DNA of 64,000 nt from an uncultured Actinomycetes bacterium (GTDB lineage: Bacteria; Actinomycetota; Thermoleophilia; UBA2241), in the NCBI GenBank assembly GCA_963709345.1, contig CAVPVX010000007.1, forward strand, positions 512,001 to 576,000, written 5' to 3'. Position numbers and translations under genes: made by a program. The notes under the pieces were generated by a model, which saw only the letters and a list, made by a program, of their open reading frames with translations, did not search any database and was not told the DNA's origin. Shown here piece after piece: positions 1 through 10,678 of this stretch. Positions within the stretch are counted from its first letter, which is position 1. Every line of letters begins with the position of its first letter.

Positions 1-873
1 ACCTGGCTCATCATCAAGCGCGACCTTCGGCCGCTCGAGACCATGGCCGTGACCGCCGACGCCATCGCCGCCGGCGATCTGACGCGGCGCGTGCAGCCGG
101 CCGAGCCGCGCACGGAAGTAGGGCGTCTCGGCCTCAGCCTGAACACGATGCTAGCGCGCATCGAGGAGGCGTTCGCCGAACGCGCCGCCACCGAGGACAA
201 GCTGCGGCGCTTCCTCGCCGACGCGTCACACGAGCTGCGCACCCCGCTCACCAGCATCCGCGGGTACTCGGAGATGTTCGAGCGCGCCAAGGACGACCCC
301 GAGGATCTCGACCTCGCGATGCGCCGCATCGAGGAGGAGAGCAAACGCATGGGCCTCATGGTCGAGGAGCTCCTCGTGCTCGCGCGGCTCGGGGAGAGTC
401 GTGAGCCCGAGCGGGCGCCAGTGGACTTCGCGTGCGTCGTCAGCGACGCCGTGAGCGATGCGCGCGCCGCGTCGCCGCGGCGCGACATCGGGCTTGAGAC
501 CGTTGAGACGGCCGACGTGCTCGGCGACGACCACCAACTCCGCCAGGTCGCCGCCAACCTGCTGAGCAACGCCGTGCGCCACACACCCGAGGAGGCGGCG
601 ATCCGCGTGCGCCTGACGGCCGGCGACGGGCACGCTGCGCTCGCCGTCGCCGACGACGGCCCCGGCCTTGAGCCCGCCGTCGCCGCCAAGGTGTTCGAGC
701 CCTTCTTCCGCGCCGACGAATCGCGCGCCCGCGAGACCGGCGGCGCCGGCCTCGGTCTCGCCATCGTCGCCGCCATCGTCGAGGCGCACGGCGGCGCCGT
801 CCGGCTCGACACGTCACCCGGCGCCGGCGCGACGTTCACGGTCACGCTGCCGCTGCTGAGCGACCAGGCCTGA
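1..873 (+). CDS. Sensor histidine kinase (HAMP-HisKA-HATPase), 5'-partial
   Basis: Frame is open from base 1. H-box ADASHELRTPLTSIRG, N-box NLLSNAVRHT, G-boxes DDGPG and GGAGLGLAIV. Confidence 0.93.
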   Translation, partial: TWLIIKRDLRPLETMAVTADAIAAGDLTRRVQPAEPRTEVGRLGLSLNTMLARIEEAFAERAATEDKLRRFLADASHELRTPLTSIRGYSEMFERAKDDPEDLDLAMRRIEEESKRMGLMVEELLVLARLGESREPERAPVDFACVVSDAVSDARAASPRRDIGLETVETADVLGDDHQLRQVAANLLSNAVRHTPEEAAIRVRLTAGDGHAALAVADDGPGLEPAVAAKVFEPFFRADESRARETGGAGLGLAIVAAIVEAHGGAVRLDTSPGAGATFTVTLPLLSDQA

Positions 874-880
874 GCGCCGC

Positions 881-2359
881 TCAGCCGACGAACGCGAAAC
901 CCCTGTCTCCGAAGAGACTGACGCAGGCCGCGGACGCGTCCGCGTCGTACCGAGTGTCGGCTCCGCCCTCGATCTCGGTGACGGCCTCTTCCAGCGGCAG
1001 AGCGGGCCGGTAGGGCCTGTGGGAGAGCATCGCCTCGCACACGTCGGCGACGGCCAGCACCCGCGCCTCCGGCAGGATCTCCTCGCCGCCCAGACCGGCC
1101 GGGTATCCCGAGCCGTCCAGGCGCTCGTGATGCTGCCGAATCGTCTCCGCGATCACACCTTGGAAGATGTCGGCGACGGTGTCGGCGCTTGCGGTCGCGT
1201 GCTGGCGAACGAGCAGCATCTCGGTGTCGGTGAGCCGGCCGGGCCGGCTGAGGATCTCGGCCGGCACGACGATCTTGCCGATGTCGTGCAGCAGCGCGGC
1301 GGTGCGCAGCGACTCGACCCGCTCCTTCGGCCAGTCGAGCTCGACGGAGATCGCGCAGGCCAGCTCCGCGACCCGGCGCTGGTGACCGGCGGTATACGGG
1401 TCGCGCAACTCAGTGGTGGCTGCGAGGGCGGCGATCGCCGCATCCAGGGTTCGCTGCAGCTGCGCGGCGCTCGCGGCGAGATCCTCCTCGGCCCGGCGGA
1501 TCGCGGTCACATCGAGTTTGACGCCGACGATGCCGATCGGCTTGCCGTCGATGTCCGAGAAGACGGCCTTGTGCGTCACCACCGATCGCACTCGCTGGTC
1601 GGGGCCGGGCACCTCCATCTCGCTCTGGAGCGGCGTGTCCGGGTGCGCCAGTAGCGCACGGTCCGAGGCTTCGAAGCGCGTGGCCAATTCGGCTGGATAG
1701 ACATCGATGGCGCTCTTCCCGACGACCTCGTCCCGGGGATGGCCCACGAACCTCGCGAAGGCCTCGTTGCAGCCCACGTACCGCAGAGCCGCATCCTTGT
1801 AGAACACCGGTGCCGGGATCGACTCGAGAAGCTCTCCGAGGAAGTGTGCGTGCTCGGCGTGGTCGCGGCTCAGCCGATCGAGGTCAAGCATCTTGTCTTC
1901 CAGCTTGCGGACGAGGGCGTCGCTGTACATCCGGTAGAACTCCGTCTCTTCTTCCGGAGGAGCCGGTGGCGCCGACGAATGGTCGCCGGGCCCCTCGCTA
2001 AGCACTTCGCTCACGACGGCGTGGAACTCCTCGCTCTCGACGGGCTTGACGATGAAGCGCGCCGCACCCATCTGCAGCGCCAGGGCCTCGTCGCGCGCAT
2101 CCGTGTAGGTGGCCGTGTAGAACACGAAGGGGACGTCGCGCAGTCGTTCGTCGCGCTTGCACTCGCGGCACAGGGCGTAGCCGTCCATCTGAGGCATGAG
2201 GATGTCGGAGATGATCAAGTCGGGGCGCGTGCGGCGTGCCAGCGCCAGCGCTTCGGCGCCGTTGGCGGCCTCGAGCACCTCAGCACCGATCGCGGTCAGC
2301 ATGGCGCGGAGCAGATAGAGATTCTCCTCGTGATCATCGACGATGAGGATCTTGCTCAT
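881..2359 (-). CDS. Response regulator REC-PAS-HD-GYP (cyclic di-nucleotide phosphodiesterase)
   Basis: Start taken at MSKILIVDD (ATG 2359). REC with SDILMP, a PAS domain, then RDPYTAGHQRRV, LLHDIGK, HHERLDGSGYP, HRPYR. Confidence 0.92.
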   Translation of the reverse strand: MSKILIVDDHEENLYLLRAMLTAIGAEVLEAANGAEALALARRTRPDLIISDILMPQMDGYALCRECKRDERLRDVPFVFYTATYTDARDEALALQMGAARFIVKPVESEEFHAVVSEVLSEGPGDHSSAPPAPPEEETEFYRMYSDALVRKLEDKMLDLDRLSRDHAEHAHFLGELLESIPAPVFYKDAALRYVGCNEAFARFVGHPRDEVVGKSAIDVYPAELATRFEASDRALLAHPDTPLQSEMEVPGPDQRVRSVVTHKAVFSDIDGKPIGIVGVKLDVTAIRRAEEDLAASAAQLQRTLDAAIAALAATTELRDPYTAGHQRRVAELACAISVELDWPKERVESLRTAALLHDIGKIVVPAEILSRPGRLTDTEMLLVRQHATASADTVADIFQGVIAETIRQHHERLDGSGYPAGLGGEEILPEARVLAVADVCEAMLSHRPYRPALPLEEAVTEIEGGADTRYDADASAACVSLFGDRGFAFVG

Positions 2360-2366
2360 ACGCGGG

Positions 2367-2759
2367 TCACTTCTCGCCCGGCGCGGCCGGCGGATCGTCG
2401 GGCAGGAAGGACGATACTTCGGCGAGGAAGGTTTCGGGATTGATCGGCTTCTCCATGTAGCCGTTGCACCCGGCTGAGAGGATCCGCTCGCGGTCGCCGG
2501 CCATGGCGTATGAGGTGACAGCGACGATGGGCGTGCCTGCGAGTGCGGGATTGCGCCGCAGTTCGTCGGCGACCGCGTAGCCATCCATGACCGGCAGTTG
2601 GATATCCAGCAGGATCAATGCCGGCCGCAGGTCCTCGGCCAGGCGGATGCCCTGCGCACCATCGAGCGCCGCCGTCACCACATGGCCGCCCTTCTCCAGG
2701 ATGAACGCTTCCAGGTAGAGGTTCTGCTCGTTGTCTTCAATGATCAGGATGTCCGCCAC
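2367..2759 (-). CDS. Single-domain response regulator (CheY/DivK-like)
   Basis: GTG start, VADILIIEDN...LLDIQLPVMDG...VAVTSYAM...YMEKP. Overlaps the upstream kinase stop. Confidence 0.9.
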   Translation of the reverse strand: MADILIIEDNEQNLYLEAFILEKGGHVVTAALDGAQGIRLAEDLRPALILLDIQLPVMDGYAVADELRRNPALAGTPIVAVTSYAMAGDRERILSAGCNGYMEKPINPETFLAEVSSFLPDDPPAAPGEK

Positions 2760-4308
2760 CGGGCCCTCCTTGTATCGACAGGGGCAAGGTGAAGGTGAAG
2801 GTGCTCCCCGCACCCCATTCGCTCTCGACACGGATTTCCCCCCCAAGCAGGCCTATGAGGTTCTTGCAGATGGCCAGGCCCAGCCCGGTGCCCTCGTGGC
2901 TCCGGTTCAGCCCGGTCTCCAGTTGCTGAAAGGGTTCGAAGAGTCGCCGGAGATCATCCGAGCGGATGCCGATGCCGGTGTCGTGCACGCCGGTCTCGAG
3001 CCACCCGTCCTGAGTCCAGCACGCCAGCCGGATCTCGCCCCGCTCGGTGAACTTGATGGCGTTGCTCAAGAGGTTGAGCAGGACTTGCTCCACCCGTCGC
3101 CGGTCGCCGGTGACGACTCCGACGTTTGGAGCGATGGCAGCGCTGAGCGTCAGGCCCTTCTTCTGCGCCTGCGGCGAGACCGCGCCCAGCGTGTCTTCAA
3201 TGGCGGCGCGCATCTCGAAGGGCTCGTGCGCCACCTCCAGCTCCCCCGCCTCGATCCTGGAGATGTCGAGCACGTCTGTGATCAGCGCAAGCAGGTGCCG
3301 GGCGCTGTCGCGCGCCATGGCCAGCTGCTTCGTCTGCTCGTCGTTGAGCGGGCCTGCCAGTCCTTGGAGCAGCACGCCGGTGAAGCCGATGATTGAGTTG
3401 AGCGGGGTCCGCAGCTCATGGGACATGGTCGCGAGAAACACCGACTTGAGGCGATCGGACTCCAGCGCCCGCAACATGGCTGCGTTCAACTCCTCCGTGC
3501 GCTGCGCCACGCGCGCCTCGAGATCGGTGTTCAGGCGACGAAGCTCCGCGTCCGTCTCGACGCGCTCCGTGATGTCGTGCACGGTGCCGATGAGATGGCG
3601 GCAGACGCCGTCCGCGTCGAGCACCGGCGTGACGGCGACCTCGCCGTACTTCTTGCCGGCCGGATACGGTGTGACTTCCTCCCAGCCGACGGTCATTCCC
3701 GTACGGATCGCTTCACGGTAGCGCCCAAGGACCAGGGCGCATGCCGGCTCCGGGATGACATCCTGGACCAGGCTGCCGACGACCTGACCCTCCGCGAGGC
3801 CGGTCGCCGTGAGAAACGCCGGGTTGACCGAGACGAAGCGAAACCGGCCGCCCGGTTCGACCGCCAGGTAGAAGACGCCATCGGAGATGTTGGCGTAGAT
3901 CAGAGAGCGCTGGCGCTCGCTCGCCTGGAGCGCTGCCTCCAGTCGCTTGCGCCCCGTGATGTCGGTGATCGTGCCCACGTAGCCGACGACCCGACGCTCG
4001 TGATCCAGCTCCGGAACCACCTGCCCCATTACCCACACAACCGTTCCGTCCGGGTGTACGAAGCGATAGTCCGCAACTGAAGCCTGTCGCAGCCGGGCGG
4101 CCTCCAGCCAGGCCTCGCGCAAGGCATCCCTGTCGTCAGGATGCACCGCGTCAAGCCATGCATCACTCCAGGCCTCGCTGGCACGAAGCCCCGAGATCTC
4201 GCACCATTTCGGGTTGACGTAATCGATGGCGCCGTCGGCGTCCGTGTGGAAGATCCCGACCGGCGTGATCCTTGTGAGGGTCTGGAGCGCTGCCTTCGTG
4301 AGAGCCAT
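2737..4308 (-). CDS. Cytoplasmic PAS-PAS histidine kinase
   Basis: Two PAS domains (VHPDD, DITGRK/DITER), MSHELRTPLNSIIGF, NLLSNAIKFT, GTGLGLAI. Start at 4308 or 4344. Confidence 0.92.
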   Translation of the reverse strand: MALTKAALQTLTRITPVGIFHTDADGAIDYVNPKWCEISGLRASEAWSDAWLDAVHPDDRDALREAWLEAARLRQASVADYRFVHPDGTVVWVMGQVVPELDHERRVVGYVGTITDITGRKRLEAALQASERQRSLIYANISDGVFYLAVEPGGRFRFVSVNPAFLTATGLAEGQVVGSLVQDVIPEPACALVLGRYREAIRTGMTVGWEEVTPYPAGKKYGEVAVTPVLDADGVCRHLIGTVHDITERVETDAELRRLNTDLEARVAQRTEELNAAMLRALESDRLKSVFLATMSHELRTPLNSIIGFTGVLLQGLAGPLNDEQTKQLAMARDSARHLLALITDVLDISRIEAGELEVAHEPFEMRAAIEDTLGAVSPQAQKKGLTLSAAIAPNVGVVTGDRRRVEQVLLNLLSNAIKFTERGEIRLACWTQDGWLETGVHDTGIGIRSDDLRRLFEPFQQLETGLNRSHEGTGLGLAICKNLIGLLGGEIRVESEWGAGSTFTFTLPLSIQGGPGGGHPDH

Positions 4309-4367
4309 CGGGAGTCCCCCTTTCGGTTGAGGCGTCGGCTGCATCTGGGCGCGCCCCGGACGCTCCC

Positions 4368-5681
4368 CTACGCGAGAGTGAAGAAGAAGGTTGCGCCCTC
4401 TTCGGGCCTGCCTTCTGCCCAGATGCGTCCGCCGTGCTTCTCGATGATCCGCTTCACCGTTGCGAGCCCGATGCCGGTTCCCGCGAATTCCTCGTCGGAG
4501 TGGAGGCGCTGGAACGCGCGGAACATGTGCGACGCAAACTGCATGTCGAAACCTGCTCCATCATCACGGACGAAGATCGCCCGTTCGCCCTCGACGGCGA
4601 CCGTCCCGACCTCAATCGTCGCGCGGGGGTGCTTCGAGGTGAACTTCCAGGCGTTCCCAAGCAGATTCGCGAGCACGCTTTGCAGCAAGACGACATCGGC
4701 TGAGACGATGATGTCGGGTTCGATCCGCCACTCGGCCTCCCGCTCGGGCGCACCCGCGCTCAGGCCCCCGGCGACGCGCCTCGCCACCTCGGATAGGTCG
4801 ACATCCGTTTGCCGCACCTCCGCCTGCGCAACGCGTGACAACGCAAGCAGAGCATCGATCAGGCCGGCCATCATCTGGCTCGCCCTGCGGATGCGGACCA
4901 AGTGTCCCTTGCACGTCTCGTCGAGCGCGTCCCCGCAGTCCTCGAGGAGTGCGGCCGAGAAGCCGTCCAGTGCGCGCAGCGGAGCGCGCAAATCGTGGCT
5001 GACGGAGTAGGAGAAGGCTGTCAGATCCTGGTTCGCCGCCTCGAGCTGGGCCGTGCGCTCGGCGACGCGCCTCTCCAGCGTCTCGTTCAAACGGCACACC
5101 TCGGCCTCCGCCTGCTCGCGCGCGGCGATGTCCAGCTCGAGATCGCGGTTGAGGCGCTCCAGTTGCTCCATCTTGGACTCAAGCTTGCGGATGAGTGTCT
5201 CACTGTACTGCTTCAGATAGGCGTGCTCCCCTTCACCGCCTGGCTCTGCCGTGAGCGGCTCCGGCTCGCCGACCCCTGTCGCGGCCGGCACGACGAGGGG
5301 CTTCCCGACCTCCTGGATGGTCTCCCGGACGATCGCCATGAAGTCATCCGGCTCCTGCGGCTTGACAATGAAGCGCTGGGCGCCGAGGCTGAGGGCGAAC
5401 TCCCGGTCCCGCTCGTCGGTGTACGTCGCAGTGTAGAAGACGAGCGGTATCGATCCCAGGTGCGCGTCCCGCTTCCACTCGCGGCATAGGGCGAACCCGT
5501 CCATGACCGGCATGAGGATGTCGGTGATGATCATGTCCGGAGGCCGCTGCCGCGCGGCTTTGAGCGCCTCGACGCCATTGGCGGCTTCGACCACCTCGTA
5601 GCCGCTGGCCTCCAACAGGACACGCAGGAGATAGAGATTCTCCTCCCTGTCGTCCACGATCAGGATGCATTGTGCCGTCAT
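4368..5681 (-). CDS. REC-HisKA-HATPase hybrid kinase
   Basis: MTAQCILIVDD REC domain, FSYSVSHDLRAPLR, NLLGNAWKFT, GTGIGLA. ATGA overlap with the upstream gene. Confidence 0.92.
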   Translation of the reverse strand: MTAQCILIVDDREENLYLLRVLLEASGYEVVEAANGVEALKAARQRPPDMIITDILMPVMDGFALCREWKRDAHLGSIPLVFYTATYTDERDREFALSLGAQRFIVKPQEPDDFMAIVRETIQEVGKPLVVPAATGVGEPEPLTAEPGGEGEHAYLKQYSETLIRKLESKMEQLERLNRDLELDIAAREQAEAEVCRLNETLERRVAERTAQLEAANQDLTAFSYSVSHDLRAPLRALDGFSAALLEDCGDALDETCKGHLVRIRRASQMMAGLIDALLALSRVAQAEVRQTDVDLSEVARRVAGGLSAGAPEREAEWRIEPDIIVSADVVLLQSVLANLLGNAWKFTSKHPRATIEVGTVAVEGERAIFVRDDGAGFDMQFASHMFRAFQRLHSDEEFAGTGIGLATVKRIIEKHGGRIWAEGRPEEGATFFFTLA

Positions 5682-8299
5682 GGAAGATTCACCTCTGGCG
5701 CGTCGTTCGTATCCATGGGAAGCGTCAGCGTGAACACGCTGCCCCTGCCCCATTCACTTTCCGCGGTCACCGCTCCGCCGAGCAGCTCGGCCAGGCGGCG
5801 ACAGATCGCCAGGCCGAGTCCAGTCCCTTCGTGCTGCCGCGCGAGCCCCGTGTCGACCTGCCGGAAGGGCTGGAACAGCTCGGCCAAGTCCTCCGGCCTG
5901 ATACCGATGCCGGTGTCGGTGACGGAGATACGGATCGTCGCGTGTGGGGCGTCCATTCCAGGCGGCGTGATCTCCGCCCCGACCGTGACCGCGCCTTCGT
6001 CCGTGAACTTGATCGCGTTGTTGAGGAGATTGATCAGCACCTGCTCGACGCGTCGCGGGTCACTGACCAGCGTGCCGATCCCCGAAGCGAGCATCGTGCC
6101 CAGCACGAGTTGCTTCTTCTCGGCCAACGGCCGCACGAGGCCGACGGCGTTCTCGATCGAGACTCTCAGATCGAACGGCTCGCTGCCGACGGTCATCTGC
6201 CCGGCCTCGATCTTGGAGATGTCGAGCACATCGTTGATCAGCGCCAGGAGGTGCCGCGAGCTGTCGCGGACCATCTCGAGCTGCTTGCGCTGCTCCGCGC
6301 CCAACGGACCGGCCATCTCCTGGAGCAGGATGCCGGTGAAGCCGATGATCGAGTTGAGGGGCGTGCGCAGTTCGTGCGACATGGTAGCCAGGAAGGCGGA
6401 CTTCAGGCGGTCGGCCGCCTCCGCCCGGTCTCTGGCCACCGCCAGCTCGGCGGTCCGCAGAGCGACGCGCCGCTCAAGCGTCGTGTTGAGCTCCCGGATC
6501 TCCTTCTCCGCCTGCTTGAGCCTCGTGATGTCCGTGCCGACGCTCAGGATCTCGGCCACCTCGCCCTCCGCGTCAAGCACGGTCTTGTTGGTCCACGCGA
6601 TCCAGACTCGCTCCCCGCTGCGGAGCATGTTCTCGTTCACGCTCTGTTCGAAGGCGACAGGGTCGGCCAAGATCCTCTCCATAAGGTCACCAAGGTCACG
6701 TCCGTAGGTGTCACTCATGGGGACGATGGTACCCATGACCGGACGGCCCTCGATCTCTTCTGCGCCGTAGCCGAAGAACCGCTGTCCGAACTCGTTGAGG
6801 AAGGTGATCCGCCCGTCGCGCGTCCAGCGCAGGATGATGCTGTTGGCGTGTTCCACGAGCTCGCGGTACTTCCGCTCGTTGTCGAACAACGCCATCTCGA
6901 CGCGCCGTTGCTCGGTCACATCGCGCAGGACCTCGATGGCGCCGGAACGCCGCCCGTCCCCGTCGAAGAGCGGCGCCGCTGCACACCAGAGACGAGCGCC
7001 CTCGCCACCCCGCAGCTCAGGATTCCAGGCCTCGCCAGTGATGGTGTCCCCAGCCCGCTCGACATGGTCGTACCCGGCGCCCAGCTCCGCCGCCGGCGCG
7101 TCCAACAGGTCGATGAGGACAGGCCGCCGCTCACCGTAGAACGGCACGGCATACGCGAAGTCGTCGCGGCCCATGACGGCATCCTTCTTCACGCCGGTCA
7201 TCGTCTCGCAGGCCCGGTTCCACGCCACGACCCGTTTGGCCTCGTCAATGACGATGGTGGCATCCGGCAGGAACTCGATGATGTTCTCGAGCTGCTGATG
7301 CGCGACGCTCAGAGCCTCATTGGCCTCGGTGAGATGCCTCGTCTGGGCCTTCACCTGCCGGCGCGAGAGCACGACCCCAACGGTCGTGGCAAAGAGGAGC
7401 ACGGCGATGATGCCCAGCGTCCAGGTCAGCCACCGCGACACACGATATTCCGTGGACGTCGTGCTCGGCTGTTCGAGCCAGCGCGTCAGCGCCGCGTAGT
7501 ACGGCGAATCGGGCTGGTCCTTCCATGCCCGCAGGTGACGGTCGATGGCCGTGAGGAGATCCTCATGCTGGCCCTTGCCCGTGGCGAAGTAGAGGCTGGT
7601 GAGATTGAAGACGACATCGGACCTCGTCAGCCCATAGCTCCGGTAGAAGTGATCGCCGAAGAACCGGTTGGCGATGGCCGCGTCCACGGAGCCGTCGCGC
7701 GTCATCTCGAAGGCGCGCTGGTACGACTCCACAGGGACGAGCGTGACTCGGATGCCCAGGCCGCTGACGATCTGCGCGAACTCTTCCTGCTGCACGGACC
7801 CGTCGAGCACCGCCACGCGCTTGCCGTGCAGCGACTGGAATCCGCCCAAGGGAAGGTCGCGATCGACGTAGAGCTGCGACCAGCTCTCGATCACCGGCGT
7901 CTTGTTGAAGTCGAGGACGGCGGTGCGCTCCTCCGTGATGGCGACGTCCGGCATGAGGTCGAGTCGCCCGTTCTCGAGCGCCTCGAGGCCAGCCTCCCAC
8001 TCGGCCGGCACCCAGACGACCCGCCAGCCCTCCGCCCGGCCGATCGCGTCGAACAGGTCGACAAAGAAGCCGGCGGGCCGGCCGGCGGCATCGGTGAACA
8101 CCTTCGGTTCGTTCTGATACAGGCCGATGCGGACCGTTCGCGAGGGCGCGGCCGGTGACGACGCAGCTGGTGTGCTCGACGACGAACTCGCCGCGGATGC
8201 TACCGCGGGCGCACTCTCCCCGGCGTCGGCGCGCTGACCCGCAACGCCGAGCGTCGCGCAGCCCAAGGCGAGCAGCGCGACGAGGATCAGCGAACGCAT
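5678..8299 (-). CDS. Membrane sensor kinase: family-3 solute-binding domain, TM, PAS-PAS, HisKA-HATPase
   Basis: Signal peptide MRSLILVALLALG. SBP_bac_3-like motifs (GFFVDLFDAIG, LHGKRVAV), one TM helix, two PAS domains, MSHELRTPLNSIIGF. Confidence 0.9.
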   Translation of the reverse strand: MRSLILVALLALGCATLGVAGQRADAGESAPAVASAASSSSSTPAASSPAAPSRTVRIGLYQNEPKVFTDAAGRPAGFFVDLFDAIGRAEGWRVVWVPAEWEAGLEALENGRLDLMPDVAITEERTAVLDFNKTPVIESWSQLYVDRDLPLGGFQSLHGKRVAVLDGSVQQEEFAQIVSGLGIRVTLVPVESYQRAFEMTRDGSVDAAIANRFFGDHFYRSYGLTRSDVVFNLTSLYFATGKGQHEDLLTAIDRHLRAWKDQPDSPYYAALTRWLEQPSTTSTEYRVSRWLTWTLGIIAVLLFATTVGVVLSRRQVKAQTRHLTEANEALSVAHQQLENIIEFLPDATIVIDEAKRVVAWNRACETMTGVKKDAVMGRDDFAYAVPFYGERRPVLIDLLDAPAAELGAGYDHVERAGDTITGEAWNPELRGGEGARLWCAAAPLFDGDGRRSGAIEVLRDVTEQRRVEMALFDNERKYRELVEHANSIILRWTRDGRITFLNEFGQRFFGYGAEEIEGRPVMGTIVPMSDTYGRDLGDLMERILADPVAFEQSVNENMLRSGERVWIAWTNKTVLDAEGEVAEILSVGTDITRLKQAEKEIRELNTTLERRVALRTAELAVARDRAEAADRLKSAFLATMSHELRTPLNSIIGFTGILLQEMAGPLGAEQRKQLEMVRDSSRHLLALINDVLDISKIEAGQMTVGSEPFDLRVSIENAVGLVRPLAEKKQLVLGTMLASGIGTLVSDPRRVEQVLINLLNNAIKFTDEGAVTVGAEITPPGMDAPHATIRISVTDTGIGIRPEDLAELFQPFRQVDTGLARQHEGTGLGLAICRRLAELLGGAVTAESEWGRGSVFTLTLPMDTNDAPEVNLP

Positions 8300-8616
8300 G
8301 ATGCGCCGGGTTGCCGCAGGGGACCGTGGAACCGTTGGACGGGCATCCGTCCGCGCCCCCTTCCAAGGCGGAACGATTGGCCTGCGCAAACCGCGCACTT
8401 CCTGCTCAGGCGACCACACCCTCAGACCATTGCTCTACAGCATCTACCCCCGAGAGCGCCGAGACAACGTTGGACCTTAGATCGCCAGGGAGGCGACACG
8501 CCGTGCCCAGGCGACGAACGGCCGCCGCCAGTGTCGCCATGTAGCACAAGGCGTACCTTGATGCTCATGCCGTGACGGCCGCGCGTCTCGCCCGGCCGCG
8601 GGTGCCGAAGGGGGGC

Positions 8617-10218
8617 ATGATGAAGCGCCGCGGTTTGACCGTCCTGTACATGCTGACCGCCCTCGCCCTGTGGACGACGGCCTTCGCCGTCGAGGCGCAC
8701 GCCGCGACCGGCTCCATCTCCGGGACGGTGACCGACGCCGTGACTCATGCGGGAGTAGCGGACATCCAGATGTACGCGTCTCTCGTGGACCAAGACGGTC
8801 AGCCCACGGGCGACGCCGTCACTGCGGCAGACGGCGCCTACGTCATGAGTGGGCTGGCGCCGGGAGACTACATCGACTGGTTCAACGACCAGGACGGCGA
8901 CACGAACGGCGCCTACGCCGACGAGTAGTACGACGACAACGCATCGCAGGACTTCAGCGACCCAATCGTCGTTGACGACGGCGCATCGGTGACCGGCATC
9001 GACGCCGCCCTCTCGGGCTGCGGCACGATCTACGGCTGGGTCGAGGGCGACGGCTCACACCGCCTGAACGCCTGGGCGCAGGCATACTGCTGGACCCCGG
9101 CCAAGCAGGCGTGGGAGCAGTATCCGCTCGAGTTCCAGGACGTCGACCCAGTCGGCGGCGAGTACGTGCTCGAGCGCGTGCGTGCTGGCCAGTGGGCCCT
9201 CCGCTTCAGTGACCACGGTGACGACGCTGGGACGTACGCGGTCGAATACCACCCGGACGCCCATTTCGTCTGGGACGCACAGACGGTGCTCGTCACGCCG
9301 GGCTCATCAGTCTTCGTGAAGGGAGACCTCGATCTTGGCGCCGCGATCAGCGGTCACGTCTACGATAGCGCCGGGGGCCCGCTCGAGGGAGGAATGGTCG
9401 TCTGGTATGACTGGGACCCGGACGCGCAGGAGTGGATCCGGGGCGGAGAGACGCCCGTCTTCGAGGAAGGCCGCTGGGGCATGGACGGCTTCGACACGTG
9501 GACCTACCGCTTCCAGTTCTACCCGCCGGAAGGGCCGCTGCTGGCCGACGAGTACTGGGACAACTCGGCCGGGCTCGCCGGAGGCAGCAGCATCACGTTC
9601 GGCGTCGGCCAGATCCTAGAGGGCTACGACGCGTGGCTGGGCACAGACGAGTCCGTAGCGCCGGTCACGAGCCTCGTCGGCTTGCCGGCGTCGGGCTGGT
9701 CGCGACTCCCGCTCACCCTCACCTTGACGGCGAGCGACGCCGACTCGGGAGTCGAGGTCACCCGGTACCGTCTCGACGGCGGTTCCTGGATGGAGGGCAC
9801 GTCGATCGACGTGCCGGCGCCGTCAACGCACGCGAGCGACGGCCTGCACACGATCGACTATCGTTCCGCCGACCACCGGGGCAACTGGGAGCAGTCACGC
9901 ACGAGCGAGGTGCAGATCGACACGCTGGGGCCCACGACCAGCGCGCTCGGCGGCGTCAGCGTCAGGAAGGGCGCACGGGAGAGCTTCCGGTACAAGGTGA
10001 GCGACCGCTCACCCTCCGCCACCCTCGCCATCGCGATCTACCGTGGCGCCAAGCCGGTGAAGACACTCAGGCTCGGCGCCAAGGCGACCGGGCGCGCCCT
10101 GACCCACCGCTGGCGGTGTACGCTCGCGCGGGGTCGGCACACGTGGAAGTTCCAAGCCACGGACAAGGCCGTCAACCCGCAATCCAAGATGGGCTCCCGA
10201 GCGCTGGTCGTGAACTGA
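8617..10218 (+). pseudogene. Secreted carboxypeptidase-regulatory-like/Ig-fold repeat protein, interrupted by an in-frame TAG at 8926-8928
   Basis: Signal peptide, GSISGTVTD-type repeats, APVT-type Ig module and a basic C-terminal domain. ORFs 8572-8928 and 8989-10218 share a frame: YADE*YDD, with a parallel repeat LADEYWD later. Confidence 0.75.
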
Positions 10219-10420
10219 CGGTGCTCGGCGCCGTCGCCCTCCGTCACGGTGCCGCGGCTCGGCGCGCAGGTACAGCATCGCCGGCGCCAGAAGCCTTGCT
10301 TCTCCAGCGGGAAGCAGCGGCATCCGCGCCGTAACCCACGGGCAAGACATCCGCGAGGGATGCCGCGCGACTGCATCTGGGTCCGCGGGGGCAGGCGAGC
10401 GAACTCCGAGGAGGCGCGTG

Positions 10421-10678
10421 ATGACACAGGTCTCAGGATCACAGCAGTCGAGCGGCGGCAACGGCTTTCTGATCGGCGGTGGCATCCTGCTTGTGCTTCT
10501 GCTGGTCTTCATCTTCCAGAACACGGCGGACACCACGTTCAAGTACCTGTTCTGGGAGTTCACGCTGCCGCTCTGGCTCGGATTGCTGATCACCGCCGTC
10601 GTGGCGTTCGTGGTCGGGCAGTTCGCGCTGATGTGGCGGCGCCACAAGCGTCGCCAGGCGCGGCGCGCCTCGAGGTAG
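10421..10678 (+). CDS. LapA/DUF1049-family small membrane protein
   Basis: Two TM helices, IFQNT motif, FWEFTLPLW, basic tail. SD GAGGAGG. Confidence 0.8.
   Translation: MTQVSGSQQSSGGNGFLIGGGILLVLLLVFIFQNTADTTFKYLFWEFTLPLWLGLLITAVVAFVVGQFALMWRRHKRRQARRASR

Noticed and set aside
10338-10410. c-di-GMP-I/cGAMP riboswitch suggested by GGGCAAGACATCCGCGAGGGATG
   Set aside because: Only a P2-like hairpin is present. The GACGCAAAGC-type core and P3 are missing.
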